Shown: positions 39,102-47,699 of the stretch, in pieces
Numbering within the stretch: position 1 is the first letter of the stretch
Layout: each line of letters starts with the position of its first letter
Assembly: GCA_016930515.1 (NCBI GenBank)
Contig: JAFGGO010000027.1
Span: 21,382 to 85,381, forward strand
Origin: Promethearchaeota archaeon
Lineage (GTDB): Archaea > Asgardarchaeota > Lokiarchaeia > Sigyniarchaeales > SOKP01
Direction: 5' to 3'
DNA: 64,000 nt
Notes under the pieces: model-generated
What the model was told of the DNA's origin: nothing
What the model saw: the letters and a program-made list of their open reading frames with translations, nothing else
Databases searched by the model: none
Translations under genes and position numbers: made by a program

Positions 39102-39680
39102 TCAAGTGATATTGTTCAAGGTAGTACAAATTTCCTTCCAATCACGGACCCTTATTACATTGCCTTCACACGAACTTTCCTTATTCCAAGGTTGATCGTA
39201 CAATAATAAATATTTCTCTTTCATGATTTTGATTGGTTCTACCAAATTAGGATTATCGTCGATGTATATGTCAAAATCGTAAGCGAGTTTTAAGTCCCAT
39301 GGCCTTTCCTTCACGATGATAAAATCCTTATAGTGAATGCCTTCCTTAATTTCGTGAAACCTTAATTTCTTTACAAGATCGGAACGAAAACGAGGTTGTC
39401 CGGCAGAAAGGATGGATACATCGCTTTTTCCGTGTATTCTTTTCAAGTATTCGGGTGCATTATCGTCGATAAACGGGATTTCCATCATTTTTTCGTATGC
39501 TGTATAAAAAAGATTGAAAAATTCTCTTTCTGAAAGGTCCCAATCCAAATAGAAATCCCAACGAGTTATGTCGCTCTTTTTTCGGTTCGTCTTGTAAACT
39601 TCGTTAAATTCCTCGATAAATCTTTCAATCGCATCGAGCAAGACGCCGACAATGTCAACGGCTATTGCTTTTTTTGTCAT
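39102..39680 (-). CDS. HAD-superfamily 5'(3')-deoxyribonucleotidase (NT5C)-like protein
   Basis: IAVDIVGVL (motif I), IYIDDNP (motif IV), LLYDQPWN...RV.DW.EI. Confidence 0.8.
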   Translation of the reverse strand: MTKKAIAVDIVGVLLDAIERFIEEFNEVYKTNRKKSDITRWDFYLDWDLSEREFFNLFYTAYEKMMEIPFIDDNAPEYLKRIHGKSDVSILSAGQPRFRSDLVKKLRFHEIKEGIHYKDFIIVKERPWDLKLAYDFDIYIDDNPNLVEPIKIMKEKYLLLYDQPWNKESSCEGNVIRVRDWKEICTTLNNIT

Positions 39681-39819
39681 TCTAATTGAAATAATAATCT
39701 TTAAATTTTTGATAATTTAATTTCTTATCTCTAAAAATATAGCCTTAAATTTGAGATTTTTGTTAATAAGAAATGTGATACAAATTGGTGTTGTGAGTCG
39801 TTCTCTATTGATCAAATCA

Positions 39820-39839
39820 TAGTGTGAAACTTCACACTA
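39820..39839. promoter_or_regulatory. Perfect palindrome TAGTGTGAA-AC-TTCACACTA, candidate transcription-factor operator
   Basis: 9-bp inverted repeat with 2-nt spacer in the divergent intergenic region, 67 bp upstream of the frhB-like ATG. Confidence 0.55.
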
Positions 39840-39906
39840 ACTTTTATTTGCAATCGTTAATTTTTCCACGCAATACTAAACATTATTAATACACATTGAA
39901 AAAATC

Positions 39907-40842
39907 ATGAAAGTAGAAAAATCTAGTCAAGATCTCGAAAACGAGGTAATATACGCAGGTCTTTGCATTCATTGTGGAAGCTGCAACGCTTTTTGCCCCC
40001 ACATGGACTTTAATCAGACAACTGGAGAAGCATTTGTCGTCGATGAATGCGCTGAGACCGTGGGTTTGTGCTATAATTCCTGTCCGAGGAGTTTTCTTCC
40101 CATTAAAGAAATCGAACAAAAACTCTTTGGTGAAAGCAGGATTGATTTAGGAGTGGGCGTTTACAAGGATATTATCCAAGTAAAAGCGAAAAACGATGAC
40201 ATTCTACACGCTCTCGTCGAAGCCGCCTTTAAAGAAGGCGTTATCGAGTGCTTGGTTTTAGGGGAGCCAAACGGAGCAAAACCTGCCGTATCTTTTCCAA
40301 AAATTGTCTATAATGCCAAGGACGCCAAGAAACTCATCCCGCAAAAGACTATGGACAACGCTGGTCCTTTAGTAACTGGTATTGGTCAAGCTTACAAGGA
40401 ATACAAGAAAAATATTGGAATTATCGCCAATCCGTGTCACCTACAAGGCTTAGCAAAAATTCTCGTTTCTGATTTTAACACGGGTGCCGAAAAGACATCC
40501 TTAAAGATCGCTTTTGCGTGTTCTTCTGGTGGCATGGCGGGATGCAAGTACTGCACGGACTTTTCGGGCGAATTTTCGGACATCTCGTATTCCCCTTGGG
40601 GCGCTCCCAAGCCAGAAGCCCTCTTGATCATCAGAACCGCCGTTGGTCAAAAAGTAGTGGACGCTGCGAAAAAAATGAAACTCATCGAAGTAACCAACCC
40701 GAATCCGGACTTGTCCGAGATGAAAAAGTTCCTCAACAAGAAGCGCAAGAAGAACTTCAAGACGCTCTTAGGAAAGTCGCTCGTAAGAGCCAAATACTTG
40801 GATTTCAGCTACGACGAGCTCAAGGACATCCTCGAAGAATAA
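39907..40842 (+). CDS. Coenzyme F420 hydrogenase/dehydrogenase beta-subunit (FrhB/FdhB) family protein
   Basis: N-terminal ferredoxin CIHCGSCNAFCP...C..CP, ANPCH, C..GCKYCTDFSGEFSDIS, IIRT..G. Confidence 0.85.
   Translation: MKVEKSSQDLENEVIYAGLCIHCGSCNAFCPHMDFNQTTGEAFVVDECAETVGLCYNSCPRSFLPIKEIEQKLFGESRIDLGVGVYKDIIQVKAKNDDILHALVEAAFKEGVIECLVLGEPNGAKPAVSFPKIVYNAKDAKKLIPQKTMDNAGPLVTGIGQAYKEYKKNIGIIANPCHLQGLAKILVSDFNTGAEKTSLKIAFACSSGGMAGCKYCTDFSGEFSDISYSPWGAPKPEALLIIRTAVGQKVVDAAKKMKLIEVTNPNPDLSEMKKFLNKKRKKNFKTLLGKSLVRAKYLDFSYDELKDILEE
40789..40842 (+). repeat. Direct repeat copy 1 (current 3' end of the frhB-like gene)
   Basis: gccaaatacttggatttcagctacgacgagctcaaggacatcctcgaagaataa; 46/54 identical to 44558-44611 with a 20-bp exact core at 40795-40814. 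Confidence 0.92.
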
Positions 40843-40873
40843 TTCTTTAATTTTCTTTCTTTTAACTTTTTTT
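40843..40873 (+). terminator. T-rich archaeal terminator-like tract after the frhB-like gene
   Basis: ttctttaattttctttcttttaactttttttc directly after the stop; a similar tract follows the second repeat copy (44612-44640). Confidence 0.5.
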
Positions 40874-41101
40874 CACAATCTCCATCAATTTAAAATGAAA
40901 TTTTTAAAGTGTAGATTTTAATGACAATTTCCTAATTTTTGTCGACTCCGGGTTCCTAAATAAATCAACGATTCCTCAGCAATTTTTGGCCCTCTCGCAA
41001 AATTTAAATAGTATTTTATAACATATAATACCAAGGATTCAAATTAGGCTTCGATTTTTCCTTTAAACATGGAAAAAAATAGTCATCGTGCGAGACAACT
41101 C

Positions 41102-42619
41102 ATGAGAATTTTAATAGACACGAACATCCTCATTGCGAGAGAGAACCATCACATAATTGAACAAGAACTTCAAACGCTTTTAAGGGTCGTTCAAGAATTA
41201 AAACACGAAACGCTCGTCCATCCAAAATCTATTGAAGATGTTAGAAGAGATCCAAACGAAATCCGAAGAAACATTACCCTCTCAAAACTCAACACTTATC
41301 AAATTTTAGAACACGCTCCAAGACCGTCCACAGATCCAAGCTATATCGAGAAAATAGGAAATCCAAAAAATATCAACGACGAAATAGACGATTCCTTATT
41401 ATTTGCTGTCCACAAGAACGCCGTTAATTTTCTCATCACGGAAGATCTTGGCATTCAGAAGAAAGCAAGGAAGCTTAACATCTCTGATAGGGTTCTGAAA
41501 ATCGTTGAGGCATTAGACCTTTTCAAGAGAGATATCCCCAGGGCGATCAAATTACCTCCTTCACTACAAGGTACTACAATGGCTAATTTAGACATCGAAG
41601 ATTCCATATTCGAATCTCTTCGAGAAGATTATCCGGATTTCAATATATGGTACACAGATAAAGCAAGAGAAGGAAGAAATTGTTGGATATATCGCAGGAA
41701 CGACGGATCCTTAGGTGCTGTTTTAATTTATAAAATGGAAGACGAAGCAAACGAAAACGCCAGACCTCCATTAGAAAAGAAAAGGCGCCTCAAAATCGCA
41801 ACTATGAAGGTCACCTATGTTGGTTACAAAATCGGCGAGTTATTGCTAAAATTGTCTTTTGAATACGCCATTAAAAACAATATTTCAGAAATATATTTAA
41901 CGCATTTTACCCGAAAAGACGATTATTTAGTTGATTTAATCGAGCAATATGGGTTTAACAAAGTATCAACCATTCATCGAGATTGGACGGAACAACCCGA
42001 AGATGTTTATATTAAAAAGATTTTTATTGAGAAAAAAGACATTCGCGATCTTACACCGTTAGATATCTCGAAGAATTTTTATCCTAATTTTTACGATGGC
42101 ATAAAAATTAACAAATTTATCGTTCCAATTCAACCAGAGTATTTTAGACTTCTATTTACTGATTTTCCCATAAGACAAACAACGATAAGCGAGTTTGCTG
42201 GAGATTTTATCATAGAAGGAAATACCATTAAGAAAGCATATTTAAGCCATTCTGCATCGAAAAAAATGAATCCAGGTGATATTCTTTTGTTTTATCGGTC
42301 TGGAGATTTTAAAGGCGTATTATCTCTAGGAGTAATTGAAAATGTGGAATACGATATGCAAGATCCAAATGAAATTTTTTCGATAGTTGGAAAGCGCACC
42401 GTTTATTCGTTCGCTGAAATTGAAAAAATTTCCCAAGAAAAAACAACGGTAATTATTTTTTCCCATCACTTCCATTTTAAAACTATTGTGGAATATGACA
42501 AACTATTAAAAGAAAAAATCCTTACTGGTCCATCTCAATCAATAACAGAGATCGACCAAGAAAAATATCTAAAAATAAAAAAATTAGGTGGTATCGACGA
42601 ACGTTTTGCTTTCGATTAA
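41102..42619 (+). CDS. PIN-GNAT-PUA/EVE-like three-domain fusion
   Basis: PIN: ILIDTNILI...SIED...NDEIDD...LITED; GNAT: LKIATMKV..VGYKIGELLL...IYLT...LIEQYGF; C-terminal IKKAYLS...MNPGDILLFYRS; MRILID start at 41102 preferred to 41069. Confidence 0.85.
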   Translation: MRILIDTNILIARENHHIIEQELQTLLRVVQELKHETLVHPKSIEDVRRDPNEIRRNITLSKLNTYQILEHAPRPSTDPSYIEKIGNPKNINDEIDDSLLFAVHKNAVNFLITEDLGIQKKARKLNISDRVLKIVEALDLFKRDIPRAIKLPPSLQGTTMANLDIEDSIFESLREDYPDFNIWYTDKAREGRNCWIYRRNDGSLGAVLIYKMEDEANENARPPLEKKRRLKIATMKVTYVGYKIGELLLKLSFEYAIKNNISEIYLTHFTRKDDYLVDLIEQYGFNKVSTIHRDWTEQPEDVYIKKIFIEKKDIRDLTPLDISKNFYPNFYDGIKINKFIVPIQPEYFRLLFTDFPIRQTTISEFAGDFIIEGNTIKKAYLSHSASKKMNPGDILLFYRSGDFKGVLSLGVIENVEYDMQDPNEIFSIVGKRTVYSFAEIEKISQEKTTVIIFSHHFHFKTIVEYDKLLKEKILTGPSQSITEIDQEKYLKIKKLGGIDERFAFD

Positions 42620-43028
42620 ACCCAAATATGTCGAAGAGATAAAAAAAGGAAATAAAAAATACGAGTTTCGAAAGTCCCTCTGTTCTGAAGATAATTTGAG
42701 CAAGCTCAATAAGATTTTCATTTATAGTAGCGCCCCAGTAAAAAAAATCGTTGCAAGATTTGTCGTCCAAGAAATATTGAGAGATCATCCAAGAAAGTTA
42801 TGGGATAAATGCAAGGAAAACTCAGGAATCGAAGAAATGGCCTTTTTTAACTATTTTCAGAATAAAATGAGTGGTTTGGCCATTAAAATCTCTGAATTAA
42901 AATTCTTTTCTATCCCACTCAATCCAAACGATTACATTCCCAATTTTAGTCCCCCACAATCCTTTTGTTACATAGACGATATCGAGCAGACAAAAAAAAT
43001 CACCGATTTTTCGAAAAGAAAGGATTAA
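42588..43028 (+). CDS. ASCH/PUA-like domain protein
   Basis: LLSIKPKYVEEI..G.KKYEFRK (GxKxxExR), IYSSAPVKKIV, PPQSFCY; overlaps the upstream gene. Confidence 0.88.
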   Translation: MVSTNVLLSIKPKYVEEIKKGNKKYEFRKSLCSEDNLSKLNKIFIYSSAPVKKIVARFVVQEILRDHPRKLWDKCKENSGIEEMAFFNYFQNKMSGLAIKISELKFFSIPLNPNDYIPNFSPPQSFCYIDDIEQTKKITDFSKRKD

Positions 43029-43089
43029 TTATCTACTCATAGAAAACATCCTTCTCTCTATTTGTCAATTTCTCAATCTTTCAAGATTA

Positions 43090-43260
43090 AAGAAAATTGT
43101 ATTGAATGGGGATGGAGGAAAATGTGTTAAGCATGGGAAAAAAGTAGACCTCCAAAACGATCACGGTATTCCAATTAGTAAGGGCGGAAATAACAGGTCT
43201 GAAAACATTCCGCTCCTATACTCTGATTGTAATCTCAAAAAAAATGATAGAATACAATAG
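43090..43260 (+). pseudogene. Degenerate HNH endonuclease fragment
   Basis: KKIVLNGDGGKCVKHGKKVDLQNDHGIPISKGGNNRSENIPLLYSDCNLKKNDRIQ*; matches RDGGKCxxCG...DHIIPxSKGGxN...NxQLLCxxCNxxK with two Zn Cys changed to H and Y; not in the ORF track. Confidence 0.8.
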
Positions 43261-43346
43261 AGACTTATAATGGAATATTTTTATTTTAGAAATAGATGTT
43301 GCAATATTACTTCCAACTAAATTAGATTTAAAAATATTAAATAGAT

Positions 43347-44510
43347 ATGGTTTATATATTATTTTACTTGGAATCATTGATAAAAATGAATTTTCTCTCT
43401 CTTGAAAAAAAAGATGCAGAGGCTTTATGGGATAATTTATGGGATCATCAAAAAGATGCTCTTGAAAATATGAATAAATATATAACTTCAGATGGTAAAC
43501 ACCCGCTTAAGATATCAGATACTTGTCTGGATGTAAAGGACGATGCATTCAAATTAAAAGCAAATGGTAAAAATTTTAAAGTGAATATTAAATTCGATAT
43601 TAATAAATATAAATTAACTTGTACTGAATTGGATGAATATTATGATATTTCTTCAGGATTGGTTATTGAAGAAACATTTACAAAATATTTTAACAGAACG
43701 CAATCATTTAGAATTCTCCCAGAGAATACAGATGTAATATATTTCAGGGGCCAATTTTATAGCCCTAAATTGAAGATAGGGAAGTATTTTGATCCAAATA
43801 CCTATTATCTTGGACAATGTTTTGAAGTTGATAACGAAATAGGCAATTGTAAATCTGAAAAAGGGAATACTGCATATTACAAGGAAAATGATGATAAATG
43901 GGATTCAAATTCTCTCTTTGGCATCATTTTTAATAGAAGTACATCAGATACAAAGTTAGAGTTATTCGGATCACCAAATATTATTGTATGCGATGATATG
44001 AATTATGAAATTGCTGATTTCATCTTATGCGAAACCGAACCAAAAAATGAACGAGTAATATTCGTGCACGCTAAAGCCTACCGCGGAACAAAAAATAGTA
44101 CTTGTGCGACAGGTCAATTGCATGAAGTTTGTGCACAAGCTATAAAGAATTTAGGATATTTAACGAGATTTAACAATAATGAACCAAAGAATTTGAATTT
44201 ATGGGATGGATCCTGGGAATCAAACAAAAAAACAGGCAAGCGAATGGTAAAAAAACGAATCCATAGTAGAGACGCTACTGATGATGCAGAAAAAACTTGG
44301 AATAAAATCAAAAATGTCATTAATAATCCTCAATCAAACAAGGAAGTATGGTTATTTTTAGGAAATATCATCTCAAAACAATATTTTGAAAGTCAATTAA
44401 AAAATGAAGATCCACAAGCAAATGTTATTCAAGCAGCATATTTAGTCCAAGCGACTATTTCAGATATTTCATCAGTTGGGGCAAAACCACGGATATTTTG
44501 TAAAGAGTGA
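43347..44510 (+). CDS. Putative PD-(D/E)xK-like nuclease domain of an SF2 helicase-nuclease, helicase core missing
   Basis: N-terminal Q-motif-like LWDHQKDAL with no Walker A or DExH after it; C-terminal IVCDDMNYEIADF...IFVHAKA...LHEVCAQAIKNL. Confidence 0.55.
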   Translation: MVYILFYLESLIKMNFLSLEKKDAEALWDNLWDHQKDALENMNKYITSDGKHPLKISDTCLDVKDDAFKLKANGKNFKVNIKFDINKYKLTCTELDEYYDISSGLVIEETFTKYFNRTQSFRILPENTDVIYFRGQFYSPKLKIGKYFDPNTYYLGQCFEVDNEIGNCKSEKGNTAYYKENDDKWDSNSLFGIIFNRSTSDTKLELFGSPNIIVCDDMNYEIADFILCETEPKNERVIFVHAKAYRGTKNSTCATGQLHEVCAQAIKNLGYLTRFNNNEPKNLNLWDGSWESNKKTGKRMVKKRIHSRDATDDAEKTWNKIKNVINNPQSNKEVWLFLGNIISKQYFESQLKNEDPQANVIQAAYLVQATISDISSVGAKPRIFCKE

Positions 44511-44557
44511 TTAATTTAAATCTTTAAATGTATTAAAGCTAATTAAATACTCTAAAA

Positions 44558-44611
44558 GCCAAGTACTTGGATTTCAGCTACGAGGAATTAAAGGACATTC
44601 TTGAGGAATAA
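44558..44611 (+). repeat. Direct repeat copy 2 (orphan 3' end of the frhB-like gene, AKYLDFSYEELKDILEE*)
   Basis: gccaagtacttggatttcagctacgaggaattaaaggacattcttgaggaataa; exact core at 44564-44583. Confidence 0.92.
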
Positions 44612-44851
44612 AATTTTACTTCTTTTCTATTCTTTTTTTATTCAATTCTTTTTCAAAATTCTTGAGTATATTTTCCTTTTTTAATTCTAGATCAAGTGCA
44701 TTATCCCTATAAATTAAAACATAATATAATACTGAAAAAAGTCCCCCTATAGATTTAAAAAGAGTGATAAGTATAATGATCCCAAACCAAATCCAAAATG
44801 AAACATGAATATCAATAAAATCTAATTGATCCTGTAAGGTGAATTATTTTA

Positions 44852-45931
44852 ATGGAACAAGAGAATTTAGAATTATATAGAAAATTGCAGCAACACATGA
44901 ATGAGCAACCCGTAGGTTTTCCTCCTACATCGTCCGGATCTGATATTCGCTTGCTGAAATATTATTTTGATCCTGAAGAGGCTTCTATTGCTCTTGCCTT
45001 AAATTATAAAAATCAATCTTTAAGTCAAATCCACGACTCTTTTAACAAGCAATATCCCGAAAAGGACGATTTAGAGCGAATTCTCCAGAGAATGACGCAA
45101 AAGGGAATTATTAGGTGGAAATTAATTGATGGTTTAAGTCACTACCACATTTTGCCGTTAGTTGTCGGCTTGGACGAATCTCAAAATTACAATCGCTCCT
45201 TAGAATATATTCATTTGATCGTTGAATACATGATGGAAACTAGATTTCCTTTTAAACTTGTTTCGAGTCCTGTTACTCAAATGAGGACGATTCCCGTGGA
45301 AAAAAGCATTGAAGTAGAACATCTGGTTAGTAATTACGACAATATCAACTCGATCGTACAAAATATTCGAGAACCAATCGTATTACTCGATTGTATATGT
45401 CGAAAAACTCAGAACCTGCTAGGAAATAGGTGTAAGCAAACATCTCGCTTGGAAACATGTATGGCTTTTGATAATCTCGCAAAACAATGGCTTCGAAGAG
45501 GTCAAGGAAAATCAATTACCAAACAAGAGGCTCTTGAAGTTTTGAAGCAGAACCAAGAAGATGGATTGGTTTTACAACCTTCGAATTCAAAAGATCCAGA
45601 ATTTATCTGTTCTTGTTGCGGTTGTTGTTGTGGAATATTAACAGCTCAAAAATACTTGCCAAATCCCGCCAAATTCTGGGCAAGTAATTACTCCGTTGAA
45701 CTAGACGAATCCTCATGTAAGGTTTGTAAAACTTGCTTGGATTTTTGCCAGTTTGATGCCTTAAAATTTCTCGAGAAAAAGAATAAGCTAAAAATAAACT
45801 TGAAACGATGCGTTGGGTGCGGAAATTGCGTTGTATCCTGTCCAAATAATGCCCTTCGATTGATTCAAAAAGCCGAATCCTCATATACTCCAAAGGATAC
45901 AGAAGAGCTTTATGAATTAGCCAAACAATGA
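44852..45931 (+). CDS. 4Fe-4S dicluster-binding protein with N-terminal wHTH-like region
   Basis: PVGFP...LL...F.PEEA, CICR, ETC, ICSCCGCCCG, CKVCKTCLDFC and CVGCGNCVVSCP. Confidence 0.85.
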   Translation: MEQENLELYRKLQQHMNEQPVGFPPTSSGSDIRLLKYYFDPEEASIALALNYKNQSLSQIHDSFNKQYPEKDDLERILQRMTQKGIIRWKLIDGLSHYHILPLVVGLDESQNYNRSLEYIHLIVEYMMETRFPFKLVSSPVTQMRTIPVEKSIEVEHLVSNYDNINSIVQNIREPIVLLDCICRKTQNLLGNRCKQTSRLETCMAFDNLAKQWLRRGQGKSITKQEALEVLKQNQEDGLVLQPSNSKDPEFICSCCGCCCGILTAQKYLPNPAKFWASNYSVELDESSCKVCKTCLDFCQFDALKFLEKKNKLKINLKRCVGCGNCVVSCPNNALRLIQKAESSYTPKDTEELYELAKQ

Positions 45932-46017
45932 ATTAGGGATCATTTAATCCATATTCATTAAAATAATGATGAAACTATAATAAAGTGAGTCTGGAAATAT
46001 TACATTAAGTAAAAGTA

Positions 46018-46566
46018 CTATTTCAAAATTCGATACGACTTCAAGATCTCGGTGGTAAGCTCTTCGAAAATCTTCTTGTTGTTTTCTCCCGATAGTGAAG
46101 AAGTTTCAAAAAACTTGTGGATAGAGTGTTCTTTTTGAAATTGTTCACCATCGCTTGATGGGACTTTCCTCTGGTCCTCTAAATCTGTTTTTGTTCCAAC
46201 GAGGACGTAAATAGGTTCGGTGGCATTTTCGTCCACGATCTTGAACCATTCGCTCAAATCGTCTAAACTCGTGTAACGCGTTATGTCGTAGCATAAAATT
46301 GCTCCTTGGGCTCCCCGCGCATAGCGGGGAAGGAAGAAGCGGAAACGCTGCTCTCCTGCAAAATCCCATAGCTGTAAAGTGATATTATATGAATTTCCGT
46401 CCTGATCGTCGATTTCAAGCCGATAACTCGCGAGATCGGTGCCAATCGTGATTTTCTGGGACAGGAACTTGCCGGTTAGAAGTCTTTGGATCATGGTGCT
46501 CTTTCCCACGCCGCCGTTTCCAACAACCACGACCTTGAACATGAACTTCTCGCGCCCCAACGACAT
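46018..46566 (-). CDS. Rab-like small GTPase
   Basis: FKVVVVGNGGVGKST, TIGTD, LQLWDFAGEQRFR, Y.RGA.GA, GTKTDL, FFETSS; no C-terminal prenylation Cys. Confidence 0.92.
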   Translation of the reverse strand: MSLGREKFMFKVVVVGNGGVGKSTMIQRLLTGKFLSQKITIGTDLASYRLEIDDQDGNSYNITLQLWDFAGEQRFRFFLPRYARGAQGAILCYDITRYTSLDDLSEWFKIVDENATEPIYVLVGTKTDLEDQRKVPSSDGEQFQKEHSIHKFFETSSLSGENNKKIFEELTTEILKSYRILK

Positions 46567-46697
46567 CCTCTCGAGTTTTAATTCGCATATGATTTTTTAA
46601 TACTATTTCTTACTTATTTAACTTCTTATAAACATGTAAGATTTTGGCATTATTTTTACAAAACAATAATACTATCATAGACTATATTTTTATAAAT

Positions 46698-47588
46698 TTA
46701 TATGTCTATATCGTACGATTTGTTTTGGATGGATTGAATTTCACGCTTGATTTCTTCGCGAAAGGAGTCTGGTAAGGACGATAAAACCTTGTCGAGTACT
46801 TTATCCTTAAGCATTTTAATGTCTTTATAAATCGAGATTAAAAATATTATTGCTGCAGCAGGAGAAACGATCAAACAAATAATCGTGCTATAAGGGATTA
46901 TTATGGAACCTGAAACGCCTGCTACGGTGCCTGGAAGTGATGTTTTAATGCCAAGTTGATTTTTCCCTCCCAATGATGCCAATAAAAACATGAGGTTCAA
47001 GAAGTTTAAAAGGAACAATATAAGAAGGCTTCCAAGTGAGACGGATTTAAATTTCTTTACTTTAAGCGCTCTAAGAACGGTCTCTACATCCTTACCGTCT
47101 TCTTTAAAGGAGATGTTGAGATTATTTTGAAATGATTTTCTTGTAACAACGGCAATTTTCCCGTGTTTCCATAAATCAAGAAATATCCAATAAAAACCAA
47201 AACTATAAGCAAAACTAAAAGCACCTGTAAAAACAAGCGAAAAAGAATCTAACAATTGGGGGCGATACAAGCTTTCGGCACCGATCCAAAAGAGTAGAAT
47301 TAGTTGAATTATTGTGCAATAAAACAAGCGACTTGCGTGTTTGATTTCCGAACCAAAAGGAGAATATGTGATTGCAAAATCGACTGTTTTACTTAATTTC
47401 CACTTATTCGAACCGACAAACCTGAAAAACAACGATATCGTGAATGTAATGAGGGGAAAGACGACCAATATAATGTCTTGCCATTCTTGCGATAAAATCA
47501 AAAAGAATAACAAGGAAAAGAGTGCGAGATCTTTTAACAAGCTCTCATTGAAGAACTTTCGTAGTGGAATATAATTATCGTCGGTCAT
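46698..47588 (-). CDS. Hypothetical membrane protein (~6 TM)
   Basis: Hydrophobic segments; GAES.YxP loop motif. Confidence 0.7.
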   Translation of the reverse strand: MTDDNYIPLRKFFNESLLKDLALFSLLFFLILSQEWQDIILVVFPLITFTISLFFRFVGSNKWKLSKTVDFAITYSPFGSEIKHASRLFYCTIIQLILLFWIGAESLYRPQLLDSFSLVFTGAFSFAYSFGFYWIFLDLWKHGKIAVVTRKSFQNNLNISFKEDGKDVETVLRALKVKKFKSVSLGSLLILFLLNFLNLMFLLASLGGKNQLGIKTSLPGTVAGVSGSIIIPYSTIICLIVSPAAAIIFLISIYKDIKMLKDKVLDKVLSSLPDSFREEIKREIQSIQNKSYDIDI

Positions 47589-47699
47589 TTTCTTAAGAAA
47601 GCTTGCTTAATAAATAAATTTTTATACTCTTTATCAATTTAAAAGGTGACACACTTTATCTAATACATGCATTCAATGCAATTGACATGGTGAACGCAA

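Larger units (their letters stand above)
40789..44611. mobile_element. Small genomic island at the 3' end of the frhB-like gene (defence-type cargo, no integrase seen)
   Basis: Flanked by a duplicated gene end; cargo is PIN-GNAT-PUA, ASCH, HNH remnant and a truncated helicase-nuclease. Confidence 0.75.

Noticed and set aside
39820-39839. Calling the palindrome a Rex or CRP site
   Set aside because: Half-site spacing is shorter than in either consensus and no such regulator is in the window.
40843-44557. Calling the island a provirus, IS or complete integrative element
   Set aside because: No integrase, transposase, terminal inverted repeats, replication or virion genes were seen.
47691-47693. 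Readthrough of the TGA upstream of xpd from ATG/TTG codons at 47667-47684
   Set aside because: The upstream peptide (MHSMQLTW) shows no XPD-like features and the TGA is part of a GGTGA SD-like motif.
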